This document shows positions 28,504-37,104 of a stretch of DNA of 64,000 nucleotides, in pieces. The stretch's first letter is position 1. Every line of letters starts with the position of its first letter. The position numbers and the translations under genes are program-made. Source of the stretch: a virus; IMG/VR virus record IMGVR_UViG_3300042197_004429, positions 1-64,000 of that record. One strand, written 5' to 3'. The notes beneath the pieces were generated by a model. It saw only the letters and a program-made list of their open reading frames with translations. It was not told the origin of the DNA and searched no databases.

Positions 28504-31269
28504 CTATTCGGTTGTTAATGTTGCTATTTGACGACTCATTTTTCTAATTGGTTGTTTTTTTGGAACGATGCCTTTTTGTCTATTTTTTATAATTTTTGGC
28601 ACATAAGCAAAATCACAAGGATCGCCTATATCGCACCAACCGCCATCAACTTGAGATCTCAAATCGTTAACTTCCTGTGGTTGTTCTTCTTTGAATTCTA
28701 TTAATTTAGATTTTTTAATTAATTGTGTTTTCAGAATATTATCGCTGGCTAAAGCATAGCCATAACTTGTTGTTCTTTTCAAGAAAGGTTTTAGGTTCTC
28801 GCTTCTGGCTCTTCCACCAGTTTTTGCAAATCCTGTAATTGGAGGAGGTCCATAAAATTGCGTTAAAGAATGAAAGCCTTTGCAGGTAACGCCTTTTGTT
28901 GGGAATATATTGAAATATATATTTTCTTTATTTTCTCCATTTAAACTTATGCCCCCTTCAATATAGGGTTGAATTCCTATTACAAAATTGCCTCCCACAA
29001 TAGAGGATCCCGAAATATCTTGATTGTATCTTGACTTTATGTCGATTAACCCACTGGCACTTATCCCAAAAGACTCTATGACAATGTTATACAGTGCAAC
29101 ATTCTCTGCCTGCGGAGAAACAAAACAACCGCCCGTCACACTCACAGACAAGGATTTTTCAGATTCCCCGGATGTTGTTACTCCCCCTGCAATATCGGAG
29201 TTGCAAATTAATTGATCGACAGCCGATCCACTGATTGAAGACCCACCTGAGGATACTTCGTTGTCGAACATTCCCACATTCGATGTGCCGCCCAATACCA
29301 AATCGGTATTATTTTTTGCCGATCCGCTTACCCAAACTAATCTTCTTTCTCCTCCTAAGAAGCCATTATCCAAAGAACTGTAGCTCAAAGGGCCAGGAGT
29401 TGAGAAGTTGGCACCGGGAGTGTTTCCGGCTGCAACCGTTACAGTAATCAGTCCAAAGCCAAATAAAGTTGAGCGGCCATTTTGTGGAGGCGTGCTTATA
29501 TTTCTAAATATTCTAAAGCCAGGCAAAGCTGTGTAACTTAACCTTCCTGGAAATTGTCCATTATAAAATGCAATTGGAAAAGACTCTGGAGCATTTAAAA
29601 TATATGTTCCAGATTGCAGTCCGTAGAAATTAGATTCACGATCATTGTTAAAAACATACTCAAGTTGACCATTTATTCCCGTTGGTCTTACACGAACCTC
29701 ATTAATCACGGGGTTGTTAGGATCTAGTGAGGGTCTTAGTAACGATATTTTTTGCCAATTTCCATTTAAAACTCTTCCATCAACGGCAGACCCTCCCAAA
29801 ATTAAATTGCCGTTGCCCGTTGATACTTCTAAATCCAATGCCGCCGATCCAGATAAGTTAATTCCATTTGTTGGCTCAAATGTCGGGTAAGACACAAGCG
29901 ACAAGCCTGACGCTATAAGTGATTTAGAAACGTCAACAGATACGTTGTTTGTTTGTTTGTTTTCAGCGTCTCCGTTTAAAACTAAACCACCGCTTCCAAA
30001 CTCAAAAATATTTTGAGTGTAAAAAACTGATATCTCCGCATAATCAACTAAACCAACTGAGTTGAGTGCTGGATCTCCTAAAACCTCTAAAACTATACCA
30101 AAATCTTGGTGATTAACTTCATTGTAGTTCCATGTTTTGCCCCAAGTATCTGTGTTTCCTCCATACTCATATGGAAAAAAAACAGAAGAGGATGTCCAAT
30201 TTCCATTTAATTTTTTGTTTGTTGGTACTATTTCTTTGGTTCCATTATTGTTCCAAACTAATCCAACAAAAGAGTCAGATACCTCTCCTGTTGGAGCGTA
30301 TTTTTTAATTTTAAGTGATATTCCAAGCACCACACTAAACTCAGGAATTTCTAATTTAAAATTAGATAAATATAAAAATGTACTTGAACCAACCGATGAA
30401 TTGAATGTTACTATAGCTGTCTGGAAGTCATTTGGCGAGAGTGATCCATTTAAGTTATTCCAACTAATAGCCCCACTTACCCCTGTTGGTAAATTGTTTG
30501 CTGTGTGTGCAAAATTTTTGATCGGATTAGACAATCTTCCAACGACATCAGACAAGCCGCCTGTTTTTAATCCGTAACCATCTACAATAAATTGGTTTAA
30601 ACGAACTGCCGACCCACCTAAAGCAACGCCCCCGGTTGCCAAAACGTCTTTTTGAACTCTGACTCCTGCTTCTCCTGATGCAAAGAATAAATTATCAGGA
30701 ACAATAAATCTTGTTATTCTTCTTTCTATCGCATCTCCGCCAAGAATCGCATCAGTGTTTGGTCCAACGCACGATGTTGAATAAACAAGATTATTTAATC
30801 CGCCTAAATAGCCATTATCGTATGATTGATAACTTAAAGGAGAATTTCCTATATTTGCTGTTATTGTTAAAGTTACTAATCCCCAGAAAAAGTCATATTT
30901 ATTGCCATCTAGAGCAGTCTTGTTCCCCTTAAAGTTTGTTCCTATGTAATTGACTCGCAGTCTCCCGTTATTTAAAAAAGCAATAGGGTTAGACTCTGGT
31001 ATGTTGAATTTATAAGTTCCTATAGCCAGTCCGTATTTCCCGAATTCTCCACCAAAAACATAAACATTTTCTCCATTTACGTTTTTTATTTCAACATTAT
31101 TTGTAACAACACTTGTCCCAGTTGTGGTTGGAGATTGTCTTAAACAAATAAGATCTTCAAGGTCTCCATTATAAATTGTTGAAATGTCCGAGGAGCCACC
31201 GTTAAATAAACCGCCAAATACGGATTCTGAGTACTCAGATTGTGCGGATAGATTAATTTCTTTGGCCAT
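28504..31269 (-). CDS. large Gly-rich virion structural protein (921 aa)
   Basis: Repeated L-GG-x-A motifs; two internal copies of a GTY....P.S.PIAF.N...PLSY.S.DNGYLGG module; CTAAATA upstream. Confidence 0.65.
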   Translation of the reverse strand: MAKEINLSAQSEYSESVFGGLFNGGSSDISTIYNGDLEDLICLRQSPTTTGTSVVTNNVEIKNVNGENVYVFGGEFGKYGLAIGTYKFNIPESNPIAFLNNGRLRVNYIGTNFKGNKTALDGNKYDFFWGLVTLTITANIGNSPLSYQSYDNGYLGGLNNLVYSTSCVGPNTDAILGGDAIERRITRFIVPDNLFFASGEAGVRVQKDVLATGGVALGGSAVRLNQFIVDGYGLKTGGLSDVVGRLSNPIKNFAHTANNLPTGVSGAISWNNLNGSLSPNDFQTAIVTFNSSVGSSTFLYLSNFKLEIPEFSVVLGISLKIKKYAPTGEVSDSFVGLVWNNNGTKEIVPTNKKLNGNWTSSSVFFPYEYGGNTDTWGKTWNYNEVNHQDFGIVLEVLGDPALNSVGLVDYAEISVFYTQNIFEFGSGGLVLNGDAENKQTNNVSVDVSKSLIASGLSLVSYPTFEPTNGINLSGSAALDLEVSTGNGNLILGGSAVDGRVLNGNWQKISLLRPSLDPNNPVINEVRVRPTGINGQLEYVFNNDRESNFYGLQSGTYILNAPESFPIAFYNGQFPGRLSYTALPGFRIFRNISTPPQNGRSTLFGFGLITVTVAAGNTPGANFSTPGPLSYSSLDNGFLGGERRLVWVSGSAKNNTDLVLGGTSNVGMFDNEVSSGGSSISGSAVDQLICNSDIAGGVTTSGESEKSLSVSVTGGCFVSPQAENVALYNIVIESFGISASGLIDIKSRYNQDISGSSIVGGNFVIGIQPYIEGGISLNGENKENIYFNIFPTKGVTCKGFHSLTQFYGPPPITGFAKTGGRARSENLKPFLKRTTSYGYALASDNILKTQLIKKSKLIEFKEEQPQEVNDLRSQVDGGWCDIGDPCDFAYVPKIIKNRQKGIVPKKQPIRKMSRQIATLTTE

Positions 31270-31323
31270 AAATATTATTTAGATTATTTTTTATAAAAAA
31301 CTAATATAATTTAAGAAAACAAA

Positions 31324-31396
31324 CAGGGCGTAGCGCAATTGGTAGCGTCCTTGCTTTGGGAGCAAGTGGTTGGAAGTTCGAGTCTTCTCGCCCTGA
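31324..31396 (+). tRNA. tRNA-Pro (TGG)
   Basis: CAGGGCG/CGCCCTG acceptor, CTTGC-TTTGGGA-GCAAG anticodon arm, GTTCGAGTC T loop; no CCA encoded. Confidence 0.92.
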
Positions 31397-31403
31397 GAAA
31401 CGA

Positions 31404-31437
31404 AAACGGCTAGTGTTTTTTAAAACACTAGCCGTTT
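31404..31437. terminator. perfect 16-bp inverted repeat, probable bidirectional terminator
   Basis: AAACGGCTAGTGTTTT-TT-AAAACACTAGCCGTTT between the convergent tRNA-Pro and a CDS; T-rich tail. Confidence 0.8.
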
Positions 31438-31461
31438 GTTTTTTAAAATTTAAAGATTTAA

Positions 31462-31686
31462 TTAACGAATGTTGGGATATGAGGATAATCCACCAATGTC
31501 GTCGGTGAATGTTCCACCATCTTTTACGTTGCCAACCATTTTTCTTCCGTTATTTGTAACAACGTGAACTCCGAACATGGTTCTTTGGAGCGAATTGCCG
31601 TTAGCGTCTCTGACGGTATCTAAAGATCCTTCAGAAGCCAATCCCACAGCGGTTGCTGGGGTTAAATCTACTGTATAAGTTGCCAT
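31462..31686 (-). CDS. small hypothetical protein (possible virion component)
   Basis: ATG 31686 with GGAG SD. Confidence 0.65.
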   Translation of the reverse strand: MATYTVDLTPATAVGLASEGSLDTVRDANGNSLQRTMFGVHVVTNNGRKMVGNVKDGGTFTDDIGGLSSYPNIR

Positions 31687-31752
31687 AATTTTTCTCCTTT
31701 GCAAAGAATGAAATCTACATATATTTATAATTTATAATTCAAAATTTAATGG

Positions 31753-32340
31753 ATGTATTTAATGATTATATCGTGTAGTTGGGATGATGGTACCCGCTCA
31801 GATAAAAAATTAGTCAAATTATTAAATGAACTTGGTATTAAATCAACTTTTTTCTTAGTTGGAAAACATTTCAACAAAGATTGGAAAGAACTTTACAAGG
31901 GTCATGAAGTTGGCAACCACACAATGAATCACGTTAATCTTTTGAAATGTAATTTCAAGGAGATTAGAAAAGAAATATCAGATTGTCAAAAATTGTTGGA
32001 AGACACCTTCCAGAAGAAGATAGTTGGTTTTTGTTATCCATTTGGCCACCGATCCGACCATATTGATAATATTGTTTTTGAACAAAATTTTATTTACACT
32101 AGAACAACACGAATTATTGATAAATTTAATCCAAAAAGAATAGAAAGCGAATCTTGTTTTGATGACCAAAATAAATTTTGGCAAACTTATTATAATAAAA
32201 ATAAATATTTTGTTTTTCATGGTCACTCCCAAAGGATTGTTGATCAATTAAATTTAAGAGAAAATCTTAAAAAATTAGTCGAAGATAAAAATATTTTTGT
32301 TACACATGATAAAATTATTCAACTTAGAAACACAATTTGA
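31753..32340 (+). CDS. polysaccharide deacetylase (NodB homology)
   Basis: SWDDG, STFF, HEVGNHTMNH, FCYPFG, FHGHS. Confidence 0.88.
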   Translation: MYLMIISCSWDDGTRSDKKLVKLLNELGIKSTFFLVGKHFNKDWKELYKGHEVGNHTMNHVNLLKCNFKEIRKEISDCQKLLEDTFQKKIVGFCYPFGHRSDHIDNIVFEQNFIYTRTTRIIDKFNPKRIESESCFDDQNKFWQTYYNKNKYFVFHGHSQRIVDQLNLRENLKKLVEDKNIFVTHDKIIQLRNTI

Positions 32341-32344
32341 TAAT

Positions 32345-32415
32345 GCGGGTGTGGTGTAGTAGCAACACGAAAGTTTTCCAAACTTTAGATTTCGGAGCGT
32401 AACCGAATACCCGCT
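32345..32415 (+). tRNA. tRNA-Gly (TCC) with atypical D and T loops
   Basis: GCGGGTG/TACCCGC, AAAGT-TTTCCAA-ACTTT, U73; D loop AGTAGCA, T loop AGCGTAA. Confidence 0.8.
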
Positions 32416-32433
32416 CTTTGGAGTAAATTAATA

Positions 32434-33264
32434 TTGATTAAAATCAATAAATTTGTTTATTGTGTTACCAATGGAGGTTTAAACGATGTTTTAAATCAAA
32501 TAATTTTGTGTTATGAATATTGCAAAAAACACAAAAGGCTATTAGTTGTCAATTGTAGCCACTCAAAAGTAAAAGAAGATATTGATAATTTTTTTGAATT
32601 TAAAAAAAACAAATTTATTTACAAAAAAGATTTAGATACATTCTTTAAAATTTCCGAAAAATTAACCAAATTTCCCGATTATAAAATTGATGAAAAATTA
32701 AAAAAAGAAATTTTTTTTGATATAAAAAGAAAATATAATGAAGATATTTTAATATTTTCTTTTTCTTCTTTTAAAAGACATTACTTCACTCATTCCAATG
32801 ATTTTTTTAAAAATTTTGAATTAAAAGAAGAAATCTTGGATGAATTAAAAAGTAGACTTCTAAAACTTCCAAAAGATTATATATCGGTACATATAAGAGA
32901 CACAGACCTGTCCTCTGATGTTTTTTCTTTTTTAAACAATAATATAAATAATTTTATTGATAAAAACATATTCCTATCATCAGATAATTTTGACACTATA
33001 GAATTTTTTAAAAATAGTGTAAAAGCAAAAATTTTTACATTTTCAAACATTCCCAAATTAGACAAACAAAAATCCAAGATGGGTCTTCATAGATTAAATT
33101 CTTTAAATAAGAGACAAATCATAATAGATAGCATTTTGGATTTAATAATTTTATCTTTGGGAAAACAATTATATTGTTCGTGTCACCATTCGGGTTTTTC
33201 AAGAAATGCTTCCGTTATGATGAAGGATGGCGATCTTGTTTTTAAATTTAATAACCTAAAATAG
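32434..33264 (+). CDS. fucosyltransferase-like GT-B protein (NodZ/alpha-1,2/1,6-FucT type)
   Basis: GGLND.LNQI; motif I SVHIRDTD, motif II IFLSSDN, motif III DLIILS...SGFS. Confidence 0.7.
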   Translation: MIKINKFVYCVTNGGLNDVLNQIILCYEYCKKHKRLLVVNCSHSKVKEDIDNFFEFKKNKFIYKKDLDTFFKISEKLTKFPDYKIDEKLKKEIFFDIKRKYNEDILIFSFSSFKRHYFTHSNDFFKNFELKEEILDELKSRLLKLPKDYISVHIRDTDLSSDVFSFLNNNINNFIDKNIFLSSDNFDTIEFFKNSVKAKIFTFSNIPKLDKQKSKMGLHRLNSLNKRQIIIDSILDLIILSLGKQLYCSCHHSGFSRNASVMMKDGDLVFKFNNLK

Positions 33265-33883
33265 ACAAAACATCAGCGGGTAGAATTTTATTAATATGAT
33301 TTAAATTATTTTTTGTCATATACTTTTCCCAAGTATAAGAAAAATCAGGATTTGTAAAATTGATTTTTTTTGATCCTAATTTTTTCATAATCTTCAATAA
33401 AATTTTATTATTTAAATTCATGTGTTGACTTATTTTTTTGCTTAAATTTTCAATGGAATCGGTTGTCCAGAAATTTTCTAATTTTACAAATAACGTACTT
33501 CTCTTTATTTTTATATCCTCATAAATTGCTAAAATTGTTTTTTTTCCTACGTTGCTTGCTTCATAATTTATTTGTTCTTCTAATGATTTTAAACTTGTTA
33601 TGTTTTCAAAATAACTTTTTTTGTTTTTAGATTTTTTGTGTAACCAATCCTCTTTGCCAGATAAATGATACCTTGCTCCTGACATTATTATTTCATAAGG
33701 ATGACGAATAATAGATAAACTTTTTCTTTGTTTTAAATCTTCTTGTTTCAAAGAATGAAAATTATTTGTGAATTGAATATCACAATTAGTCTCCTCGCAG
33801 TATTTTTCAAAAATGTTTTTAATTAAACAAGTCCCAGTTTTGTGATAACTTCCAACAATTGGACATTTTTCAATTTTAATCAT
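33248..33883 (-). CDS. sulfotransferase-like protein
   Basis: HKTGT (5'-PSB-like), IIRHPYE...SGARYH (3'-PB-like), VKLENF. Confidence 0.65.
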   Translation of the reverse strand: MIKIEKCPIVGSYHKTGTCLIKNIFEKYCEETNCDIQFTNNFHSLKQEDLKQRKSLSIIRHPYEIIMSGARYHLSGKEDWLHKKSKNKKSYFENITSLKSLEEQINYEASNVGKKTILAIYEDIKIKRSTLFVKLENFWTTDSIENLSKKISQHMNLNNKILLKIMKKLGSKKINFTNPDFSYTWEKYMTKNNLNHINKILPADVLSILGY

Positions 33884-33886
33884 AGT

Positions 33887-34291
33887 TTAATAGTAATGCG
33901 ACAAGTTCATAAAGTTTGTTATGTGACCTGTTGGTCTTATTCCTTCATTGTTATCATAAAGACCGGTATTGTGACCCGTTGGTCGTATGCCTTTTTGTTT
34001 TTCCCCAATTATATTAAAGTTTTTTGTTTGTGGTTGTTTTGAAAAACTTTTTAAGGTTTGTTTTTGATTTAAAATTTCTTTGATTTGTTTTTGTTGTTGC
34101 TTTAGAGGCAAAACTTGATTGTGGTATATTGGGGGCGACATCGGATCTTGTAAACCACCCAATGCCATATAAGGACTCACGACAGGTCTTCGGTAAACAT
34201 CAGAGAACGGTGGATTTGCTGGTTGTTGTGCAAAAGTTTTTGTTTCAAATATTAAAAAAAATAATAAAATTATTTTGGGTATTTTTTTCAT
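33887..34291 (-). CDS. secreted Gln-rich protein of planctomycete type
   Basis: Signal peptide; RRPVVSPYM...QQQ...RPTGH x2...FMNLSHYY. Confidence 0.65.
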   Translation of the reverse strand: MKKIPKIILLFFLIFETKTFAQQPANPPFSDVYRRPVVSPYMALGGLQDPMSPPIYHNQVLPLKQQQKQIKEILNQKQTLKSFSKQPQTKNFNIIGEKQKGIRPTGHNTGLYDNNEGIRPTGHITNFMNLSHYY

Positions 34292-34351
34292 GCGTCAATC
34301 CTTTGACTTAAATTTAAATTTATTTATACTTATTAAAACAAAGAGGTCTTT

Positions 34352-34561
34352 ATGTGGTGCTTAGAAACAATTGTTGAATTAAATCAAAAAGCCATGGAGG
34401 CTTATATAGAAGGCCGTCATTTAGCCGAAGCGTATAAAGACGTAGGCATAAATTCCGATATTCAAAATTCAAATTATATTTTTGATCAAAATGAATTAGA
34501 TGAAATTGCTTTAAATTTGAGGGAAAATGATGTACAAATTACTTCAAGCCGATGGATTTGA
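34352..34561 (+). CDS. hypothetical protein
   Basis: GAGG SD, TTGACT-N16-TATACT upstream. Confidence 0.6.
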   Translation: MWCLETIVELNQKAMEAYIEGRHLAEAYKDVGINSDIQNSNYIFDQNELDEIALNLRENDVQITSSRWI

Positions 34562-34799
34562 AGATGCTCTTCTCGGAATTGGCACCAAAAAAGGCTCAGA
34601 AGATTCTTTGGTATACGATTACGAACGATGTGTTGAAATTTTGATTGATCGTGAAGGAATGTCCCACGAAGAGGCAATTGAGTGGATGGAGTTTAATGTG
34701 GTAGACGCATACGTTGGACCAACTACCCCGATATTCGTACACACAGACCCAGAATACACAATTCAGTATATTCGGTCCCAAAACGACGACATTGCCTAG
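34527..34799 (+). CDS. phage hypothetical protein
   Basis: ADGFEDALLG...VYDYERCVEIL...EEA.EW.EFNV..AYVG..TPIF, a widespread phage motif; stop lies inside the tRNA-Cys. Confidence 0.75.
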   Translation: MMYKLLQADGFEDALLGIGTKKGSEDSLVYDYERCVEILIDREGMSHEEAIEWMEFNVVDAYVGPTTPIFVHTDPEYTIQYIRSQNDDIA

Positions 34800-34867
34800 C
34801 GGCGACGGCAACAGTTTGCAAAACTGTCGAGGAAACTCCATCGTGGGTTCGAGTCCCACTGTCGTCT
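34785..34867 (+). tRNA. tRNA-Cys (GCA) with a long variable arm
   Basis: GACGACA/TGTCGTC, ACAGT-TTGCAAA-ACTGT, 15-nt variable region with GAG-GAAA-CTC hairpin, GTGGG-TTCGAGT-CCCAC, U73. Confidence 0.85.
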
Positions 34868-34920
34868 TTTTTGCAACAAAATTACATATATAATTTTAAC
34901 ATTTAACAAATAGAATTTAT

Positions 34921-35190
34921 ATGAAAACTTTTCAGCAATTTTTAGAAATGCAAACACCCGTTGTTGGCGGCAGTCAACCAATACCGAGCCCTTTATCTTC
35001 GTATGATTCAACGGGTGCAAGATACACACCCGATCAAATGCCAGAAAAATACCAACAGTATAAAGAAGACATCAGAAGAGTTTGGGATTTTATACAAGCC
35101 CAATCGGTTTCTTTGAACAAGCCAGAACTTCAAAAAATATTTCACGAATTCATTAATTCTTTGAAGTCAGCCGGATTCACTGGTGCTTAA
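34921..35190 (+). CDS. small protein with a capsid-targeting-like N-terminus
   Basis: MKTFQQFLEMQ. Confidence 0.7.
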   Translation: MKTFQQFLEMQTPVVGGSQPIPSPLSSYDSTGARYTPDQMPEKYQQYKEDIRRVWDFIQAQSVSLNKPELQKIFHEFINSLKSAGFTGA

Positions 35191-35272
35191 TTTTTTGCAA
35201 AAAAAAATTTTGAATTTGTTGACTAGATTGCCCGCTTGGTTTAAAATACAAATTCAACCCAGAGAAAAAAGT

Positions 35273-35476
35273 ATGAACAATTTGCAAAAATTGAGAAATC
35301 AACTTGCCGAGCATGGTTATGAATGCACCATTGAAGAAACAAAAGGTTTATTTAAAATAGCAAAAAGGCTTAAATCAATGGCCAGAATGCCGAACGAAGA
35401 ACTGGCTATTATTTTGGATTTAGAAAATCCTCAACAACGACATATTTTCAATACAATTCAAACGATGAGAAGGTGA
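35273..35476 (+). CDS. hypothetical protein
   Basis: ATG 35273 preferred over TTG 35183. Confidence 0.5.
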   Translation: MNNLQKLRNQLAEHGYECTIEETKGLFKIAKRLKSMARMPNEELAIILDLENPQQRHIFNTIQTMRR

Positions 35477-35480
35477 TTTT

Positions 35481-36122
35481 GTGATCAAAAAATGGAAATT
35501 TTTTATTCTAATCGCTATTTTTTTATTTGTTTTTGCCTTTTCAAGTTTTAATATTTTTTTGGAAAAACACACTTTTAATGTTACTCAACAAAACGAATAT
35601 GTTTTAGATTGTGAGTTTGAAAAAGTTAAAAAAATTTTAGTAAGAACCGATGTTCTTGAAGAAATTATATCTTATGAGCAAGGCCGTTTATTGGATAAGA
35701 AATGGAATAAGTTAGTATTCTCATCTAATCGCCCTTTGATAGACGGCATAGACATAGATGCTCGTTGCGAGTTTTTAGTTTTAAAAAACGACCATTATTT
35801 GGGTGATTTAAAATTAAGATTTAAACAAGACACACATATCGATAAGTCCAAAATAGTCTCCCGCACAGAATTGATGGAACCTGTTGGGTTTATGAAAAAA
35901 CTACAGACCGAGATGCTTGTTTCAAAAAAAGAAAAACAAACTCAATTTTTTGTAAAGAATTCTATACAGTACGAAAGAACCGTGCCCAAAAGAATGGTAA
36001 AAGAAATTTATAACAATATTGAAAACTCTCTTAAAATTATGTTGGATAATAATCAAAAAGTAATCACAGATCTTGTTTCAAAATATTCCAACAAATCTTT
36101 TATAATATCGGCTGAAAAATGA
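35481..36122 (+). CDS. membrane-anchored hypothetical protein
   Basis: N-terminal TM helix. Confidence 0.65.
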   Translation: MIKKWKFFILIAIFLFVFAFSSFNIFLEKHTFNVTQQNEYVLDCEFEKVKKILVRTDVLEEIISYEQGRLLDKKWNKLVFSSNRPLIDGIDIDARCEFLVLKNDHYLGDLKLRFKQDTHIDKSKIVSRTELMEPVGFMKKLQTEMLVSKKEKQTQFFVKNSIQYERTVPKRMVKEIYNNIENSLKIMLDNNQKVITDLVSKYSNKSFIISAEK

Positions 36123-36718
36123 ACGGTGAAGAAGTTAATTTATTGATGACTCCAGAGTCTCGTGCTTCTTTGGATGAAAGTAAATCTAAAGATGAATTAT
36201 TGTTAAAGCTTCATGTTTTTGATGTTGCTTTTCATAATTTCGAAGCACTACAAGTAGCTTCGGGAGATATAATCGAAGGAGACAATTTTTCCTTTGTTCC
36301 TTTTCCTTGTGGTGCTTTTGCCGATTTATTGATTGAATCTTTTTTTATTTTAGGGCAAGATCGTTCTAAAAAATTTTTAGATGTTGGTTGTGGAATTGGC
36401 ACAAAAGTAGTTTTGGCTTGTTCTTTTTTTGATGCTTATGGAATTGATTATGATCAAAAGTATGTGGATAAGGCTCATCAAATAGGAATAAATCGTGTTG
36501 GATTTTGTGACGCCTTGAAATTTGATAAATATGAAAATTATGATTTAATATATTATTATAGACCAATATTTAACCCTGAAATTTATTATAATTTTGAGTA
36601 TTTAGTTCACAAAAGCATGAAGAAAGGAAGTTTGGTTGCTCCAATGTTTACAAATTATCCTTGGGATAAACAAGAAGACATTGAGAGATTAACTAAATTT
36701 TTGTATAGAAAAAAATGA
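36119..36718 (+). CDS. class I SAM-dependent methyltransferase
   Basis: FLDVGCGIG, YGIDYD, YDLIYYYRP. Confidence 0.8.
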   Translation: MNGEEVNLLMTPESRASLDESKSKDELLLKLHVFDVAFHNFEALQVASGDIIEGDNFSFVPFPCGAFADLLIESFFILGQDRSKKFLDVGCGIGTKVVLACSFFDAYGIDYDQKYVDKAHQIGINRVGFCDALKFDKYENYDLIYYYRPIFNPEIYYNFEYLVHKSMKKGSLVAPMFTNYPWDKQEDIERLTKFLYRKK

Positions 36719-37101
36719 TTAAGCAAGTAATTGTTATGCGATGCAAGTACCCTGACGGCAAGGGCGGCACAACTGGCCTAAGAAAAGGCAAAATGATTGC
36801 CCAAGCATGTCATGCTTCTATGTCTTTTATCACAAGAAGATTAGACAAAAATGAACCAATCACGCAAGTTCAAAAAGATTGGCTTGATAATAGTTTTACT
36901 AAGATATGTGTTGGCGTAGATACGGAACAAGAATTATTAGACGTTGCCGAAAAAGCGAAAAAAATGAATGTTGAATGCCATGTTATAACCGATAATGGAA
37001 AGACTGAGTTCGGTGGAGTTCCAACGAAAACCTGCTTGGCACTAGGACCAGACGCATCTGAAAAGATAGATGAGGTAACTGGCGATTTGAAACTATTATA
37101 A
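36715..37101 (+). CDS. pth2: peptidyl-tRNA hydrolase, Pth2 family
   Basis: KQVIVMR...KGK.IAQACHAS, KICV.V..E.EL, ITDNGKTEF...TCLALGP...IDEVTGDLKLL. Confidence 0.92.
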   Translation: MIKQVIVMRCKYPDGKGGTTGLRKGKMIAQACHASMSFITRRLDKNEPITQVQKDWLDNSFTKICVGVDTEQELLDVAEKAKKMNVECHVITDNGKTEFGGVPTKTCLALGPDASEKIDEVTGDLKLL

Positions 37102-37104
37102 TTC

